From NCBI GenBank assembly GCA_965213675.1, contig OZ243916.1, positions 2,560,001 to 2,624,000 of the forward strand: a stretch of DNA of 64,000 nucleotides, given 5' to 3'. A program made the translations under genes and the position numbers. The stretch comes from an uncultured Candidatus Binatia bacterium (GTDB lineage: Bacteria > Desulfobacterota > Binatia > UBA9968 > JAJDTQ01). Below, in pieces: positions 20,301 to 31,105 of the stretch (positions within the stretch are counted from its first letter, which is position 1; each line of letters starts with the position of its first letter). The notes under the pieces were generated by a model that was not told the origin of the DNA, did no database searches, and worked only from the letters and a program-made list of their open reading frames with translations.

Positions 20301-21775
20301 TCCCGGGACGCCGGCCGGAACCAGGAGAAGGCGTTGCGCACCAGCAACGGGAACGATACCCGGAACGGAAGGTCCGAGCGGGCGAGGTCGAAGGCGAACA
20401 CCAGCGCCTTGAGGTCGCCCTCTTCCACCGCGTGGATCAAGGGGCCGCCGGCGGACGCCGCCAGGGTCACGCCCCTGCCATCGTCCACCGCAAGCGCCAG
20501 GGCGTCGCGCACCACCAGCCCATCGAGGCGCACCCCCGCAGTCAGCGGATGCGCGGCATCGGCCGCCGCCAACGCCGGCCGCGGGGTCACGCCGGCGACG
20601 CGGAGCCCCAATCCCTCCGGCACCGTGCGCAGCAGGATGAAGTTACCGCGCTCAAGGGGCGGCGCCGGCACCCGGTCGAGCATCACCACGTCATAGGCCG
20701 CCACCTGCTCGGTGACCCGATCCTCCGGGATGCGGTCGATGCGCGCCAGGGTCACGTGGGGGAAATAGCGCAACAGCCGCTCCAGATACGGGTTGCCGGG
20801 TCCCACGTAAAGCACCCGCGTGGGGCGCTCGTCCGGGAAGGACAGATAGGCGCGGTTGTCGGTCTGGAGATCGTCGTCCACGGCCAACAGGGCGGTGGCG
20901 CGCCCGCGCAGCGGCCCCGGCACGCTGTAGATAAGCACCTCGCGGGCGGACGGCCCGAGGGACAGCAGCGCGCGGCTCACCACCCGGTCGGCCACCGTGA
21001 CCACCAAGGGCGCATGTACCGGCTGCTCGGTGAAGTTCTGCACCAGCACCATGGCCTCGTACTCGTCGGCTTCCCCGGCTACCCGGCGGAACTGGAACCC
21101 CAGGATGCCGACGTTGTCGGCGCCGCCCTGCACCTGCGCCAACTCCAGGTAGGATGCCGCCCACGGCAAGTCCTCGATGCCCGCGAAGGCGCCGTCGGTG
21201 AGCACCACCACCCGGTGCGGCCCCTGGCGCTTGAGGAACGTGTGCGCCAGCAGCACCGCCTCCTTCACTGGAGCCTCGACGTCGGTGGCGGCCAACTCCC
21301 GCGCCGCGCGCCGCAGCCGGTCCCGGTCGCGGGTGAAGGGCTGGACCACCACCGGCTCCGCCGCCGCCCCGATGATCATCATGCGATCATGGGCGCCGAG
21401 CCCGTCGATGCGCCGGAGCAGTTCCTCCCGCGCGGCGTCGAAGCGCATGCCGGACGCGCCGCTTGCCTTCATGCTGGCGCTCTGGTCCATCACCGCCACC
21501 CAGTCGCGGGCGCCCGCGCCCACGCCCAGGAGCGCGGGCGCCGCCAGCGCGGTGATGACCGCGAGGGCCGCCAGAAGCTGCAGGATCAACGGCAGGTTGC
21601 GGTGCCAGAGCCAGCCCAGGCGGCGGCCCATGGGACGTTCCCGCAGCACCTTCTCCAGCAGGAACAACGCGGTCACGGACACACGTTCGCCCCTGGGCCG
21701 GAGACTGTTGAGCAGCAGGATCAGGGGCACCGCTCCCAGAAGCAGAAAGAAGGCGGTGGGAAAGAGCCAGAGCAC
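17366..21775 (-). CDS. Large membrane-anchored vWA protein (BatA-like N-terminus, three vWA domains, GATase-like region)
   Basis: BatA-type double-TM N-terminus; MIDAS DxSxS motifs DQSAS, DLSHS, DKSGS; GGGLIVLGG GATase-like motif; internal and C-terminal TM segments. Confidence 0.85.
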   Translation of the reverse strand: MLWLFPTAFFLLLGAVPLILLLNSLRPRGERVSVTALFLLEKVLRERPMGRRLGWLWHRNLPLILQLLAALAVITALAAPALLGVGAGARDWVAVMDQSASMKASGASGMRFDAAREELLRRIDGLGAHDRMMIIGAAAEPVVVQPFTRDRDRLRRAARELAATDVEAPVKEAVLLAHTFLKRQGPHRVVVLTDGAFAGIEDLPWAASYLELAQVQGGADNVGILGFQFRRVAGEADEYEAMVLVQNFTEQPVHAPLVVTVADRVVSRALLSLGPSAREVLIYSVPGPLRGRATALLAVDDDLQTDNRAYLSFPDERPTRVLYVGPGNPYLERLLRYFPHVTLARIDRIPEDRVTEQVAAYDVVMLDRVPAPPLERGNFILLRTVPEGLGLRVAGVTPRPALAAADAAHPLTAGVRLDGLVVRDALALAVDDGRGVTLAASAGGPLIHAVEEGDLKALVFAFDLARSDLPFRVSFPLLVRNAFSWFRPASREFPASQVAAGLPFVADVGVDGEQLVFVSPSGETVPVETRERTGTYGDTEEVGFYQFRGPRGDGEFAVNLFSEEESRIRPSYRAEPSEAAPAAAGHVPGARFDLWPALLALGLALLLAECVVVCRARRSLRPLWLRIPAAAVLALALVNPRMLAEDPELDVVMAVDLSHSVGEEARARAADVLERARERVNPKVRLGLFAFARRPQWEFLPTGEIPVSELPPPPERDVTDLAAAIQGALGELSEGRESRILLISDANENRGSVERVLPMLRSHGVAVWPYPVSLAEGRNEVYLSDFQAPSVVDSGETFEIKAALTSAAASSANISLLRDGRVIRSTRRELAPGANWLSFTDSVERRGTHTYELMVEAAADVLAENNLLQGIVSVKGPSRILYLHGADAARRFMAEALRVQGYEVVEKTPARANLTLPELSGFDLLVLDNVPAYQLSQVKMERIERFVRDLGGGLIVLGGARSYGAGGYYRTPLEQTLPVEMRPPVRMELPHVALLFVVDKSGSMGSGPFGTTKLDLAKAATMASAELLNPGDEIGILAFDSNWEWVVPFRQAGGGESIAGDVAGLTPDGGTDLLKAMVEGHRVLAAEEAAIKHVLVLSDGLTEKADLVAQVTRMAGERITVSTVSIGGDADRRLMTRLAQGGQGRSYATVDPRTIPQIFTTETLLISRDLLVEKTVTPVALGVAGPMRGLTAELPPILGYVLTHVKPGAEVHLRAGEDPLLVSWRHGLGQVYAFTSDVSGRWGRHWVQWPGFSRWAAQMARLAVRNVSDHRLRTNFVREGESMSAVVDFFSASGRPVNHLNLQGLLTRADETLQQEHFRQVAPGRYETRFATPSRGINLLTVQQPSGGAPEGGPTPASAPALSSSLSPGLPPRPGAPAVAFTIPFIVPFSREYRDMNANRELLERLARETGGKVLRPDTLSEDIGRLFTADPDASASVRGIWWALAAAGLGVFLLDLALRAFLHVRRAR

Positions 21776-21779
21776 GGGG

Positions 21780-22673
21780 TTATCCGGGTCGTCTTTCCTG
21801 GGTCAGGTAGCGCAGGACGAAGTCGTCAAAGGGGACGGCGCTGGTGGTGCGCCGGTAGTCCATGGCCTGGCTCTCGCAAAAACGCCGGGTGCCGTCGAAG
21901 TACGCTTCCAACTCCCGGTGGAAGCGTTCCGCCAGGTCGCGGTCGAGGAACACGCGCCGCTCCCGGTCGCTCTCCACGTCCACCAGGGACATGTCGCCGT
22001 CGGCCTCCAGGCGGTTCTCGCCCTCCCCGAGGACGTGCACCACCAGGACATCGTGCCGCTTCCGCGCCAGCTCCTCCAGCCCGGCGCGGCACCCGGCCAC
22101 GTCCAGCAGGTCGCTGAACAGCACCACCAGACCCGGCCGCGGATACTGTCGGGTGAAAGTCTTCATCGAAGACTCCAGGTTGGTGCGGCCTGCGGGAGTC
22201 AATTCCTCCAGAAAGTGAAACAGCGAGAGGATCTGGCGCCGGGTGCGCGCCGGCGGCAACTGCGCTTCCACGTCTCCGGCAAAGCCCATGGCCCCGACCC
22301 GGTCATGGGTCTTGAGGCCGATGTAGCCCAGTGCCGCGGCCACGTTCTTGGCGAACTCCAGCTTGGCCGGGTCGCCCTGAGCCATGGACAGGCTGGCGTC
22401 CAGCAGGAGATACACGGTGATCTCCTCCTCGGCCGTGAACACCTTGAGCAGCAGCCGCTCCAGGCGCCCGTAGACGTTCCAGTCCACGTAGCGCAGGTCA
22501 TCGCCGTGGCTGTACTTGCGGAAGTCCGAAAACTCCAGGCTGAACCCCTTGCGGATGGTCGGATGCTCGCCCCGGGTCACGCCCCAGCTCAAACGCTTGG
22601 CCACCAGGCGCAGCTTGTCCAGCCGCGCCAGGAAGTCGGGCTCGAGGAAGCGGTGCGCCTCGGCCTCCGCCAT
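21780..22673 (-). CDS. DUF58 domain protein
   Basis: G.SLEFSDFRKYSHGDDLRYVDWNVYGR, LLDASLSM, LFSDLL; follows moxR. Confidence 0.93.
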   Translation of the reverse strand: MAEAEAHRFLEPDFLARLDKLRLVAKRLSWGVTRGEHPTIRKGFSLEFSDFRKYSHGDDLRYVDWNVYGRLERLLLKVFTAEEEITVYLLLDASLSMAQGDPAKLEFAKNVAAALGYIGLKTHDRVGAMGFAGDVEAQLPPARTRRQILSLFHFLEELTPAGRTNLESSMKTFTRQYPRPGLVVLFSDLLDVAGCRAGLEELARKRHDVLVVHVLGEGENRLEADGDMSLVDVESDRERRVFLDRDLAERFHRELEAYFDGTRRFCESQAMDYRRTTSAVPFDDFVLRYLTQERRPG

Positions 22674-23704
22674 CAGGCGCGCACCTCCGGCACCCGCGCC
22701 ACGACCTCTTCCAGCACGGCTTCCGGCGCGATGCCCGAGGCCTCCGCCGCCAGGTTGAGCAGCAGGCGGTGGCGCAGGCTCGGCATCAGATCGCGGCGGA
22801 TGTCCTCGAACGAGACGTTGGGCCGACCGGAAAGCAGCGCCCGCGCCTTGGCCGCCAGGATGACCGCCTGCAGGCCGCGGGGGCTGGCGCCGTACTGCAC
22901 ATACTGGCGCGCCAGCTCGGTGCTGTGTTCGGTCTCGGAGTGGGTCGCCATCACCAGCCGCACCGCGTAGTCGCGCACCGCGGCGGCCAGCGGCACCGCC
23001 CGCACCGCCTCGCGCATCTCCAGCACGGACGCCGCCGCCAACACCTTGGCGAGGGCCCCGGACGGCGCGGCCGTGGTGAGATCGGCGATCCGCTCCAACT
23101 CGTCGTACGAAGGATACCGAACGATGAGCTTGAAGAAGAAGCGATCCACCTGCGCCTCCGGCAAGGGATAGGTCCCCTCCATCTCGATGGGGTTCTGGGT
23201 GGCCAGGACCATGAACGGGCTGGGGATGGCATGGAGCGCGCCGCCCGCGGTGACGCTCTGCTCCTGCATCGCCTCCAGCAACGCCGACTGGGTCTTGGGC
23301 GTGGCCCGGTTGATCTCGTCGGCCAGCACGATGTTGGCAAACACCGGACCCGCCTCGAACACGAACACCTTGCGTCCCGACGCGTCCTCGTTGACCACGT
23401 TGGTGCCGGTGATGTCCGCGGGCATGAGGTCAGGGGTGAACTGGATGCGCGAGAAGCGCAGGTCCATGAGTTCCCCCAGCGAGCGCACGATCAACGTCTT
23501 GCCCAGACCCGGCACCCCCTCCAGCAGGCAGTGCCCGCCGCACACCAGCGCGATGAAGACGCCCTCGATGAGATCCTCGTGACCCACCACGGCCTTGTGC
23601 ATCTCGCTCTTGACTTCTTCGAACGCCCGCTGTGCGCTCTCCATGCGGGCGCGCACGTCGTCGGTGGTGGTATTGTCGTGGGTTGCTTCCAGTGTCACGG
23701 CCAC
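22673..23704 (-). CDS. moxR: MoxR-family AAA+ ATPase
   Basis: LLEGVPGLGKT, RIQFTPDLMPADITG, LADEINRATPKTQSALLEAM, ATQNPIEMEGTYPLPEAQVDRF, GASPRG. Confidence 0.95.
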   Translation of the reverse strand: MAVTLEATHDNTTTDDVRARMESAQRAFEEVKSEMHKAVVGHEDLIEGVFIALVCGGHCLLEGVPGLGKTLIVRSLGELMDLRFSRIQFTPDLMPADITGTNVVNEDASGRKVFVFEAGPVFANIVLADEINRATPKTQSALLEAMQEQSVTAGGALHAIPSPFMVLATQNPIEMEGTYPLPEAQVDRFFFKLIVRYPSYDELERIADLTTAAPSGALAKVLAAASVLEMREAVRAVPLAAAVRDYAVRLVMATHSETEHSTELARQYVQYGASPRGLQAVILAAKARALLSGRPNVSFEDIRRDLMPSLRHRLLLNLAAEASGIAPEAVLEEVVARVPEVRA

Positions 23705-23800
23705 GTTGCTCCCCGAAAGCCGGCGGCGGCAGAACGCGGGCGCGGGCGGATCGGTGATCCGCTTCCACGTCCGCGCCCTGCGGCGGCGCGGGGCTTCCGA

Positions 23801-25213
23801 CTAAGGTGTCCCGGTCACCCCCAGGGACAGAAAATAGTTCTTGATGGTTTCCTTGAACTCGGCGGGAATCTCCGCGGAGGACAGTTCCGCCTCCACCTGC
23901 CGTTGATACCGCACCACCACGGCCTCCTCCGCCACCGTGCTCTCGCCCGGACGCGCCTCCCCGCGGAAACCGAATCCCCGGCTCGGCCCCTGCCCCAGGA
24001 GCCCTTGCAGATGGGTGCGGACGCGCGCCTGGAAGGCGGGGTCGAAGGGTTCCTGCCCGCCCTTGCCGGGCTCGCTGCCGGGTTGACGCCCGACCGGCGG
24101 CGACTCCTCCATCTCTCCCCGGGGGCCGCCGGGCCGGGCCGCTTCCGCGAGGGATTCGCCGGGCGCGTCCCCCGGCAGCAACTCCGTGAGAAACTGCTGC
24201 GTGGAAGCCAGCTCGCGCCGGTCCTGCTCTTGCCGGGCCTCCCGCTCCACGCGGTCGAGGAACTCGCGAACCTCCTGCTCGCTCATCTCCGAAGAGTTCC
24301 CGGGTTGCCGGTCCAGGGACGACAGGCCCATGGATTCCAGCATCTCCCCCCGGCTCTTGCCCTGGAAGGAACCGTCCGTCTGCCGCGTCCTCGTGCGCTG
24401 GAGCTGCTCCCGCAGCTTTTCCAGGGCCGCGCCGGACAGCACCGGCCACTCCAGGCCCGCCTCGGTGGGCCACGAGCGCGTCATGTCCTCCAGCACCTCC
24501 ACCATGGCCCCCACCGAGGCCTCGATGCCGGACCTGTCGTCCGTGGGATCGTCGAGCTGCCGTTCGGCCATCTCGCGCAGGGCCTCGGCCATGCGCCGGC
24601 TCTCGGCCAGGTCCTGCGCGCGCGCCCGCTCCTCCAGTTCCCGGGCGTGTTCCCGCAGCGTCTCGGCCATGCGCGACGCGGCCGACACCGGCTCGGGGGC
24701 GCCCCCCGGCGGCAGCCATAACCCGGCCCCGGCCAGCGCCACCAGCAGCGCGCCGGCCCAGGCGTGCCAGGAGCGCTGGCGTGGCAGCAACGGCGGGAGG
24801 GTCAAGCGCGCCAGCTTCCCGGCCGCTTCCTCCACCACCAGATCTTCCTCCGGACGGCGGCCCTCTTCCGCTTGGCCGTGGGAGCGGGACAGGATGTCCC
24901 ATGCGGTCAGCACGCGCTCCTGGAGTTCCAGACGGTCGTCCACCCGTTTGAGCGCGCCGAGGAAAGCGCCTTCGCGCCACGGGCGCAGCCGGAACACCGC
25001 CACGGCCGCCCCGGCGAACACCGCGGGCGCAAGCCAGAGCAGCGTCCCGTCCACCGCCGCCAGCGCGCGCGCCGCCGCCAGCGCGGCCGCCGCCAGCGCC
25101 GTGTAGAAGAGACTCTCCCACAACAGGCGCTCGCGCCGCTTGCGCCGCTCCCACCGGCGCAAACCGGCAAGCTTGTCGCGCAGCAGGGCTTCGGGTTCGG
25201 TCGGTTCGGTCAA
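23801..25213 (-). CDS. Hypothetical membrane protein with coiled-coil and low-complexity regions (MoxR-operon accessory)
   Basis: TTG start overlapping the upstream TGA; TM helices, LQERVLTA motif, C-terminal EIPAEFKETIKNYF. Confidence 0.8.
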   Translation of the reverse strand: MTEPTEPEALLRDKLAGLRRWERRKRRERLLWESLFYTALAAAALAAARALAAVDGTLLWLAPAVFAGAAVAVFRLRPWREGAFLGALKRVDDRLELQERVLTAWDILSRSHGQAEEGRRPEEDLVVEEAAGKLARLTLPPLLPRQRSWHAWAGALLVALAGAGLWLPPGGAPEPVSAASRMAETLREHARELEERARAQDLAESRRMAEALREMAERQLDDPTDDRSGIEASVGAMVEVLEDMTRSWPTEAGLEWPVLSGAALEKLREQLQRTRTRQTDGSFQGKSRGEMLESMGLSSLDRQPGNSSEMSEQEVREFLDRVEREARQEQDRRELASTQQFLTELLPGDAPGESLAEAARPGGPRGEMEESPPVGRQPGSEPGKGGQEPFDPAFQARVRTHLQGLLGQGPSRGFGFRGEARPGESTVAEEAVVVRYQRQVEAELSSAEIPAEFKETIKNYFLSLGVTGTP

Positions 25214-25980
25214 TTGTACCCTCTCTGTACCCGCCGGAGCCCCCAGGCCAGGAGCGCCAGCGCCGCCGCGAACACCACGCCCTGGAAGCCCCAGTGAATC
25301 AGCGAAGGAGTCCACCACACCCCCCAGCGCACCGGCGCGGCATCCATCTCCAGGGTGCCGAGATGATAGAGCAGAAACGCCACCGGGTTCAATGTCTGCG
25401 CCCACGCGCCGAAGGCGCCGGAGATGAGGAAGAAACAGACGAAGATCCAGCGAATGAAGACCCGGCGCGTGTCCGCCTTGCGCTCCCAGAAGGCCAGCCC
25501 CACGAGGCCCCAGATGCCGTAGCCCACGGCGTAGAGGAACAGCATGGGCAAGGTCGAGGCCATGTCCGGCAGGGGCGTGCGGGCGATGGCCGCCGACCAC
25601 GCCAGCAGCGGCGCGGCCAGGAGCAGCAGGACCAGCGCATGAACCAACAGGATGGACAGCAGGCCGCCCGCCACCGCGGCGACGCTCAGCCGTTCCTCCT
25701 CAAGCCAGTGGCGCAACGGCGAGAAGCGCCACGCCAGGAACTCCAGCCCGGCAAAGCGCAGGCTCAGGTAGACGATGAGCAGCAGCGAGGCCACCGTGGA
25801 AAACTTGAACAGGAAGGCCGGACCGATCCAGAAGCGGGCTTCCCCCGACGGGAGCACCAGCGCCAGCAACTGCAGCGCCCCGAGGATGCCCAGGTAGAAC
25901 AGGTAGGTGGCGCAGGCCTGCCCGTCCACCCAGTACACGGCCACGGCCTCGCGAAACACCGGATTGAGCCAGGGCCTCAC
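25210..25980 (-). CDS. Multi-TM membrane protein, ABC-2 permease-like
   Basis: WLNPVFRE N-terminal motif and about six hydrophobic helices; GTGA overlap with the upstream gene. Confidence 0.75.
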   Translation of the reverse strand: MRPWLNPVFREAVAVYWVDGQACATYLFYLGILGALQLLALVLPSGEARFWIGPAFLFKFSTVASLLLIVYLSLRFAGLEFLAWRFSPLRHWLEEERLSVAAVAGGLLSILLVHALVLLLLAAPLLAWSAAIARTPLPDMASTLPMLFLYAVGYGIWGLVGLAFWERKADTRRVFIRWIFVCFFLISGAFGAWAQTLNPVAFLLYHLGTLEMDAAPVRWGVWWTPSLIHWGFQGVVFAAALALLAWGLRRVQRGYN

Positions 25981-27866
25981 GGGTCCTCCTCCTCGGCGCC
26001 CACGGGAAGGGCGACGCGGAACAGCTTGAAGTGGTGCGCCGAGACCCGCGCGTCGTCCGCCGCGAGCGCCGGTTCGTCGCCGCCGATCCAGCCGATGACG
26101 AAGGCCGCCTCCGGGTCGTCGGCCTCGCCGTCCGGGAACACCGAGTAGCGCAGCAGGAGCTGGCGCGCTTCATCGTCGAAGGTCACGTCGCGGGGCTGGT
26201 GCGGCTCCGCCGCGCCTTCCGGCGCCACGGCAAGCTCTCGCCGCAGCACCCCGCCCGGGGGCACGTCGCCGAGCTTGTACCCGCGTCCGCCCACCACGAG
26301 CCAGCAATCCGTGAACGCGCCGGCGCCGCGGTTGGCGATGCCGATCCGGTAGGTCTCCGCGGTGTGCTGCCAATCGATGCCCACGGGCGACGGTTCCAGC
26401 GAACGCAGCTTGAACAGCGCCGAGTTCCATTCCTTGAGCGGGACGTGGACCTTGGCGTGGGGCCGCCCCTGCCGCAGCACCAGCGAACTCCCGGCCTCGT
26501 CGCCAGGAGCGGGCACGAGGTCGAGCTGGCTCCACCCGCCCCGCAGACTGAAGGAGAAGTCCTTGTGCCGGGTGGCGAACAGGCCCACGTTGGCGTGCAC
26601 CGGCGCCACCTCGGACCACAGGCTGCCGTCCACCACGGTCGACGAGATCAGGATGCCGTCTGGCACGTGGCCGCCGCGGTCGAAGTACCCGTAGCCGCCC
26701 AATGCGGATGCCGCCACCAGTCCCGCGGGCACCAGCGCGAGCCGGTAGCCGGCCGCGGCGCTCCTCCAGTAGCGGAACCAGAGCAGCAGGGAGCCCACGT
26801 AGAGCCCGAGGGCCAGCAACAGCAACAGCGTGGGGGAGCGGAGGCTGGAAAACCCGAAGTTCTGGAGCAGGATGGCGAAAACCTCTCGATTCCACGCGCT
26901 CCACGGATCCGAGCCTCTGGGCGGCGGCTTCCCCAGCACTTCGCCGAGGAGCGCCGGAAGGCCCGTCCAGTCGGACACGGGCGGCCGGCCCACGTCCAGC
27001 GCCAGCCAGGCCACCCGGCCGGCGCCGTGATCGCGCTGCACCAGGATGGGCGCTCCCCCCTCCTCCACCAGCACCGTGCTGGCCGCATCCGCCACCGCAT
27101 CCTGAACGAGGAGGTCCGCGAGGGCGCCGCCGAACCGCGCCGACAGTTCGGGCAACGCGTCCACACGCTTCACGCCGCGCACCGCCACCGGCAACAGCGG
27201 CGCGGTGGCGCGGTCGCGGTACAAGGCGAAATGCGCCCCGCCCAGCACCGCGAGGGTCCCGCCCGACGAGAGCCAGCGCTCCAGCGCGGCGCGCTGGCGC
27301 CGGGACATGGCGCGCAGGGACTGTTCGTAGAGCATGATGGTCCACACCCCGCCGTAGGCGCGGGCCTCCTCGGGCAGATCGCTCAGGGGGATGGACACCA
27401 CCGGGACCGGAGTGTCGTAGGGAAGCGGAATGGCCGGAGCGACGTTGCTTCGGGTCAACAGCAACACCAGCGGCTGACCGGTGAAGCGCCCGCGCAGAGT
27501 GACGGCGGTCTCGTGACTCCGTCCGCCGCCCGTGAAGCGCAGCACCAGTGGCTGCGCCACCGTGTCCGGGTCAACGGTGACGAACAGCACCTTGCGGGCG
27601 TGGGCGGAGAGAAAGAGGTCGCGCTGCTGAACGAAGGAGTAGGAATCCATCCCGCGGGTGGGACCGCCGCGGGCCTCCACCACCTCCAACACGCCGCGCA
27701 CGGCCGCGCCGGAGTTCACCAACTCGATGCGCACCGGAAAAGGCTCGCCCAAGCGGAAGATGCCGCCGAATCCCGGCTGGGCATGGATCGAGACCTGCGC
27801 TGGCGCAGGAACGGCGAAGAGCAGCGCCAACGCCGCCATGCCGGCCGCGCCACTCCCGACAAACAC
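25977..27866 (-). CDS. Exported/membrane hypothetical protein with a GATase-like domain (MoxR-operon accessory)
   Basis: Signal peptide, PVRIELVN, QRAALERWLSSGGTLAV, two internal TM helices. Confidence 0.78.
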   Translation of the reverse strand: MFVGSGAAGMAALALLFAVPAPAQVSIHAQPGFGGIFRLGEPFPVRIELVNSGAAVRGVLEVVEARGGPTRGMDSYSFVQQRDLFLSAHARKVLFVTVDPDTVAQPLVLRFTGGGRSHETAVTLRGRFTGQPLVLLLTRSNVAPAIPLPYDTPVPVVSIPLSDLPEEARAYGGVWTIMLYEQSLRAMSRRQRAALERWLSSGGTLAVLGGAHFALYRDRATAPLLPVAVRGVKRVDALPELSARFGGALADLLVQDAVADAASTVLVEEGGAPILVQRDHGAGRVAWLALDVGRPPVSDWTGLPALLGEVLGKPPPRGSDPWSAWNREVFAILLQNFGFSSLRSPTLLLLLALGLYVGSLLLWFRYWRSAAAGYRLALVPAGLVAASALGGYGYFDRGGHVPDGILISSTVVDGSLWSEVAPVHANVGLFATRHKDFSFSLRGGWSQLDLVPAPGDEAGSSLVLRQGRPHAKVHVPLKEWNSALFKLRSLEPSPVGIDWQHTAETYRIGIANRGAGAFTDCWLVVGGRGYKLGDVPPGGVLRRELAVAPEGAAEPHQPRDVTFDDEARQLLLRYSVFPDGEADDPEAAFVIGWIGGDEPALAADDARVSAHHFKLFRVALPVGAEEEDP

Positions 27867-27870
27867 GGAC

Positions 27871-28359
27871 CTATTCGACGAAGGAAACGTCCAGGACCTC
27901 GAAGTTCCTGACCCCCGCAGGTGTACGCACCTCCACCAAGTCGCCCACGCGCCGTCCGATCAGCGATCGCGCCACCGGCGACCCGAGGGAGATCCTGCCC
28001 TCCCTGGGTTCCGCCTCGTGCTCGCCCACGATCATGTAGACGACGTTCTCGTCGGTGTCGTCGTCCACCAGCTCGACGGTGGCGCCGAACACGATCCTGT
28101 CGCCGGAAAGCCTGGAAATATCGATCACCTGGGCGCGCGCGATCTTGTCCTCCAGCTCGCGGATCTGCACGTCGAGCAGGGACTGGCGATCCTTGGCGGC
28201 GTGATACTCGGCGTTCTCCGACAGGTCGCCGTGGGCGCGGGCTTCCTCGATGTCGCGGACGTTCTTGGGACGTTCCACCGACTTGAGGCGCTGGAGATCC
28301 TCCAGCAACTGCTGATGCCCACGCGCCGTCATGGGCACGGAGGCGTCGTGGTCTGCCAT
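27871..28359 (-). CDS. greA: Transcription elongation factor GreA
   Basis: ARAHGDLSENAEYHAAK, FGATVEL, IVGEHEA, ISLGSPVARSLIG. Confidence 0.96.
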   Translation of the reverse strand: MADHDASVPMTARGHQQLLEDLQRLKSVERPKNVRDIEEARAHGDLSENAEYHAAKDRQSLLDVQIRELEDKIARAQVIDISRLSGDRIVFGATVELVDDDTDENVVYMIVGEHEAEPREGRISLGSPVARSLIGRRVGDLVEVRTPAGVRNFEVLDVSFVE

Positions 28360-28375
28360 CTGACTGCACCTCTGC

Positions 28376-28411
28376 AAAAAGTTGCGGGCGAGCCGAGAGA
28401 CCTCCGCCCGC
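28376..28411 (-). terminator. Terminator-like hairpin with U-tract in the greA leader
   Basis: Minus strand GCGGGCG(G)AG-loop-CTCGCCCGC-AACTTTTT, ending about 16 nt before the greA ATG. Confidence 0.5.
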
Positions 28412-28557
28412 CCGTGGATTTCAGACAGTTCGGGAGTTTAGCATCCGTCCACGGGAAGTCAAAGAAGGGGCCTTTGTCACCAGCGGTGCGTGGAACCGCG
28501 TTGCGCGAGTCTGTTTGACCGTGGCGGGCCGGGTCCTCAGTGGTCCGGTCCTGATTG

Positions 28558-29559
28558 TCAGGACACCCGCGGCGGGTCCGGCCAGGCGCGTTTGCCGGGG
28601 CCGAAGACGTGACAGGCGGTGCCGTGGCCGCCGTGGGAAAAGTCCAGCTCCGGCTCCACCTCGGTGCAGACCTGCTCGCGGAACGGGCAGCGCGGGTGGA
28701 AGTTGCAACCCGAGGGCGGGTTGACGGGGCTGGGCACGTCGCCCTCCAGCACCATGCGGTCCTTCTTGGGATTGGGATCCGGCATGGGCACCGCGGACAG
28801 CAGCGCGCGGGTGTAGGGATGGCGCGCATCCTTGTAGATGGCGTCGCTGGGGGCGATCTCCACCACCTTGCCCAAATACATGATCGCCACCCGATGGCTC
28901 ACGTGCTCCACCACCCGGAGGTCGTGGGAGATGAAGAAGAACGTGAGGCTCATGCTTTCCTGCAACTCCTGCAGGAGGTTGATGATCTGGGCCTGAATGG
29001 ACACGTCCAGCGACGACACCGGCTCGTCCGCGACGATGAACTTGGGCGACACCGCCAGCGCCCGGGCAATTCCGATGCGTTGCCGCTGGCCGCCGCTGAA
29101 CTCGTGCGGGTAACGCTCGTAGTGGTCCTCCCGGAGCCCCACCTTGTCGAGCAGCGCCATGACCTTTTCCCGGCGCTGGACGCCGGAGGCCATCTTGTGG
29201 ATCTTGAGCCCTTCGCCGATGATCTCGCCCACGCGCATGCGCGGGTTGAGGGAGGCGTAGGGGTCCTGGAAGATGATCTGCATGCGCCGGCGCAGATCGC
29301 GCATCTCGGCGCTGGAGACCCGCATGATGTCCCTGTTCTCGAACAGGATCTCACCGTCGGTGGGCTCGATCAGGCGCAGGATCGTGCGCCCCAGCGTCGA
29401 CTTGCCGCAGCCGGATTCTCCCACCACGCCGAGAGTCTCGCCATCCTCCACGGTGAGGCTGACCCCGTCCACGGCCTTGACGTCGCCCTTGCGCCGGGAG
29501 AGCAGGCCCTCCGCCACCGGGAAATACTTCTTGAGGTTCCTGACTTCCAGCAAGCTCAT
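28558..29559 (-). CDS. Oligo/dipeptide ABC transporter ATP-binding protein (OppF/DppF type)
   Basis: [51 protein letters not shown]. Confidence 0.95.
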   Translation of the reverse strand: MSLLEVRNLKKYFPVAEGLLSRRKGDVKAVDGVSLTVEDGETLGVVGESGCGKSTLGRTILRLIEPTDGEILFENRDIMRVSSAEMRDLRRRMQIIFQDPYASLNPRMRVGEIIGEGLKIHKMASGVQRREKVMALLDKVGLREDHYERYPHEFSGGQRQRIGIARALAVSPKFIVADEPVSSLDVSIQAQIINLLQELQESMSLTFFFISHDLRVVEHVSHRVAIMYLGKVVEIAPSDAIYKDARHPYTRALLSAVPMPDPNPKKDRMVLEGDVPSPVNPPSGCNFHPRCPFREQVCTEVEPELDFSHGGHGTACHVFGPGKRAWPDPPRVS

Positions 29560-29602
29560 GGGATTCCACGTCCTGTCACGGGCGCCACCGCGGCTGCCCC
29601 CG

Positions 29603-30565
<963 letters not shown>

Positions 30566-31105
30566 ATCACGCAGCCGCCGCCCTTCCCGCCGGCCCCAAC
30601 CTCATCGCAAGCGCGAACTGTATCAAAAAACGGTGGGGGTGCAAACGATTTTGCTCCCCGCAACCTTGCCTATGCGGGGCGGGCACCCGCCCGCAGACCT
30701 CGTCCGGCTGGTTCCGAAGGAGGCCCTGTTGCACCGCGGTCCGAGCCGTATGCGTTCTGGCGAGCTTCCTGATCCGGACTTCCCCCCGCGTGGCGGTAAC
30801 AAGGGCGTGGGGCCGTATGCACAGCTTTGAATACTGGCGGGATTCACGGTAGTGTAGGGCCTGAAAACGGTGGCGGATCAGAGGTCTGAAACGGCTGGCC
30901 ATTGCAACGGCAAGTCGTTGTTGCAGAAAGGACATTCTTCCACAGGCCGCAAGGGATACGGCGTCTGTCCATTGCATCGCGGTCTTGCCCCTCGGATGCG
31001 CTGCAGTCGTGGCCGGCATCCAGGAGCATTCCAGTCCCGCCCGGGACGATGTCGTTGGTCGTTCGGGCGTTGCGTACGGGGCTCGGGCGTCTTCAGGAGA
31101 CTACG

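Noticed and set aside
17075-24721. Several long plus-strand ORFs (910, 699, 597 and 650 aa)
   Set aside because: Antisense or alternate-frame artefacts of high-GC coding sequence opposite the vWA, DUF58 and MoxR genes.
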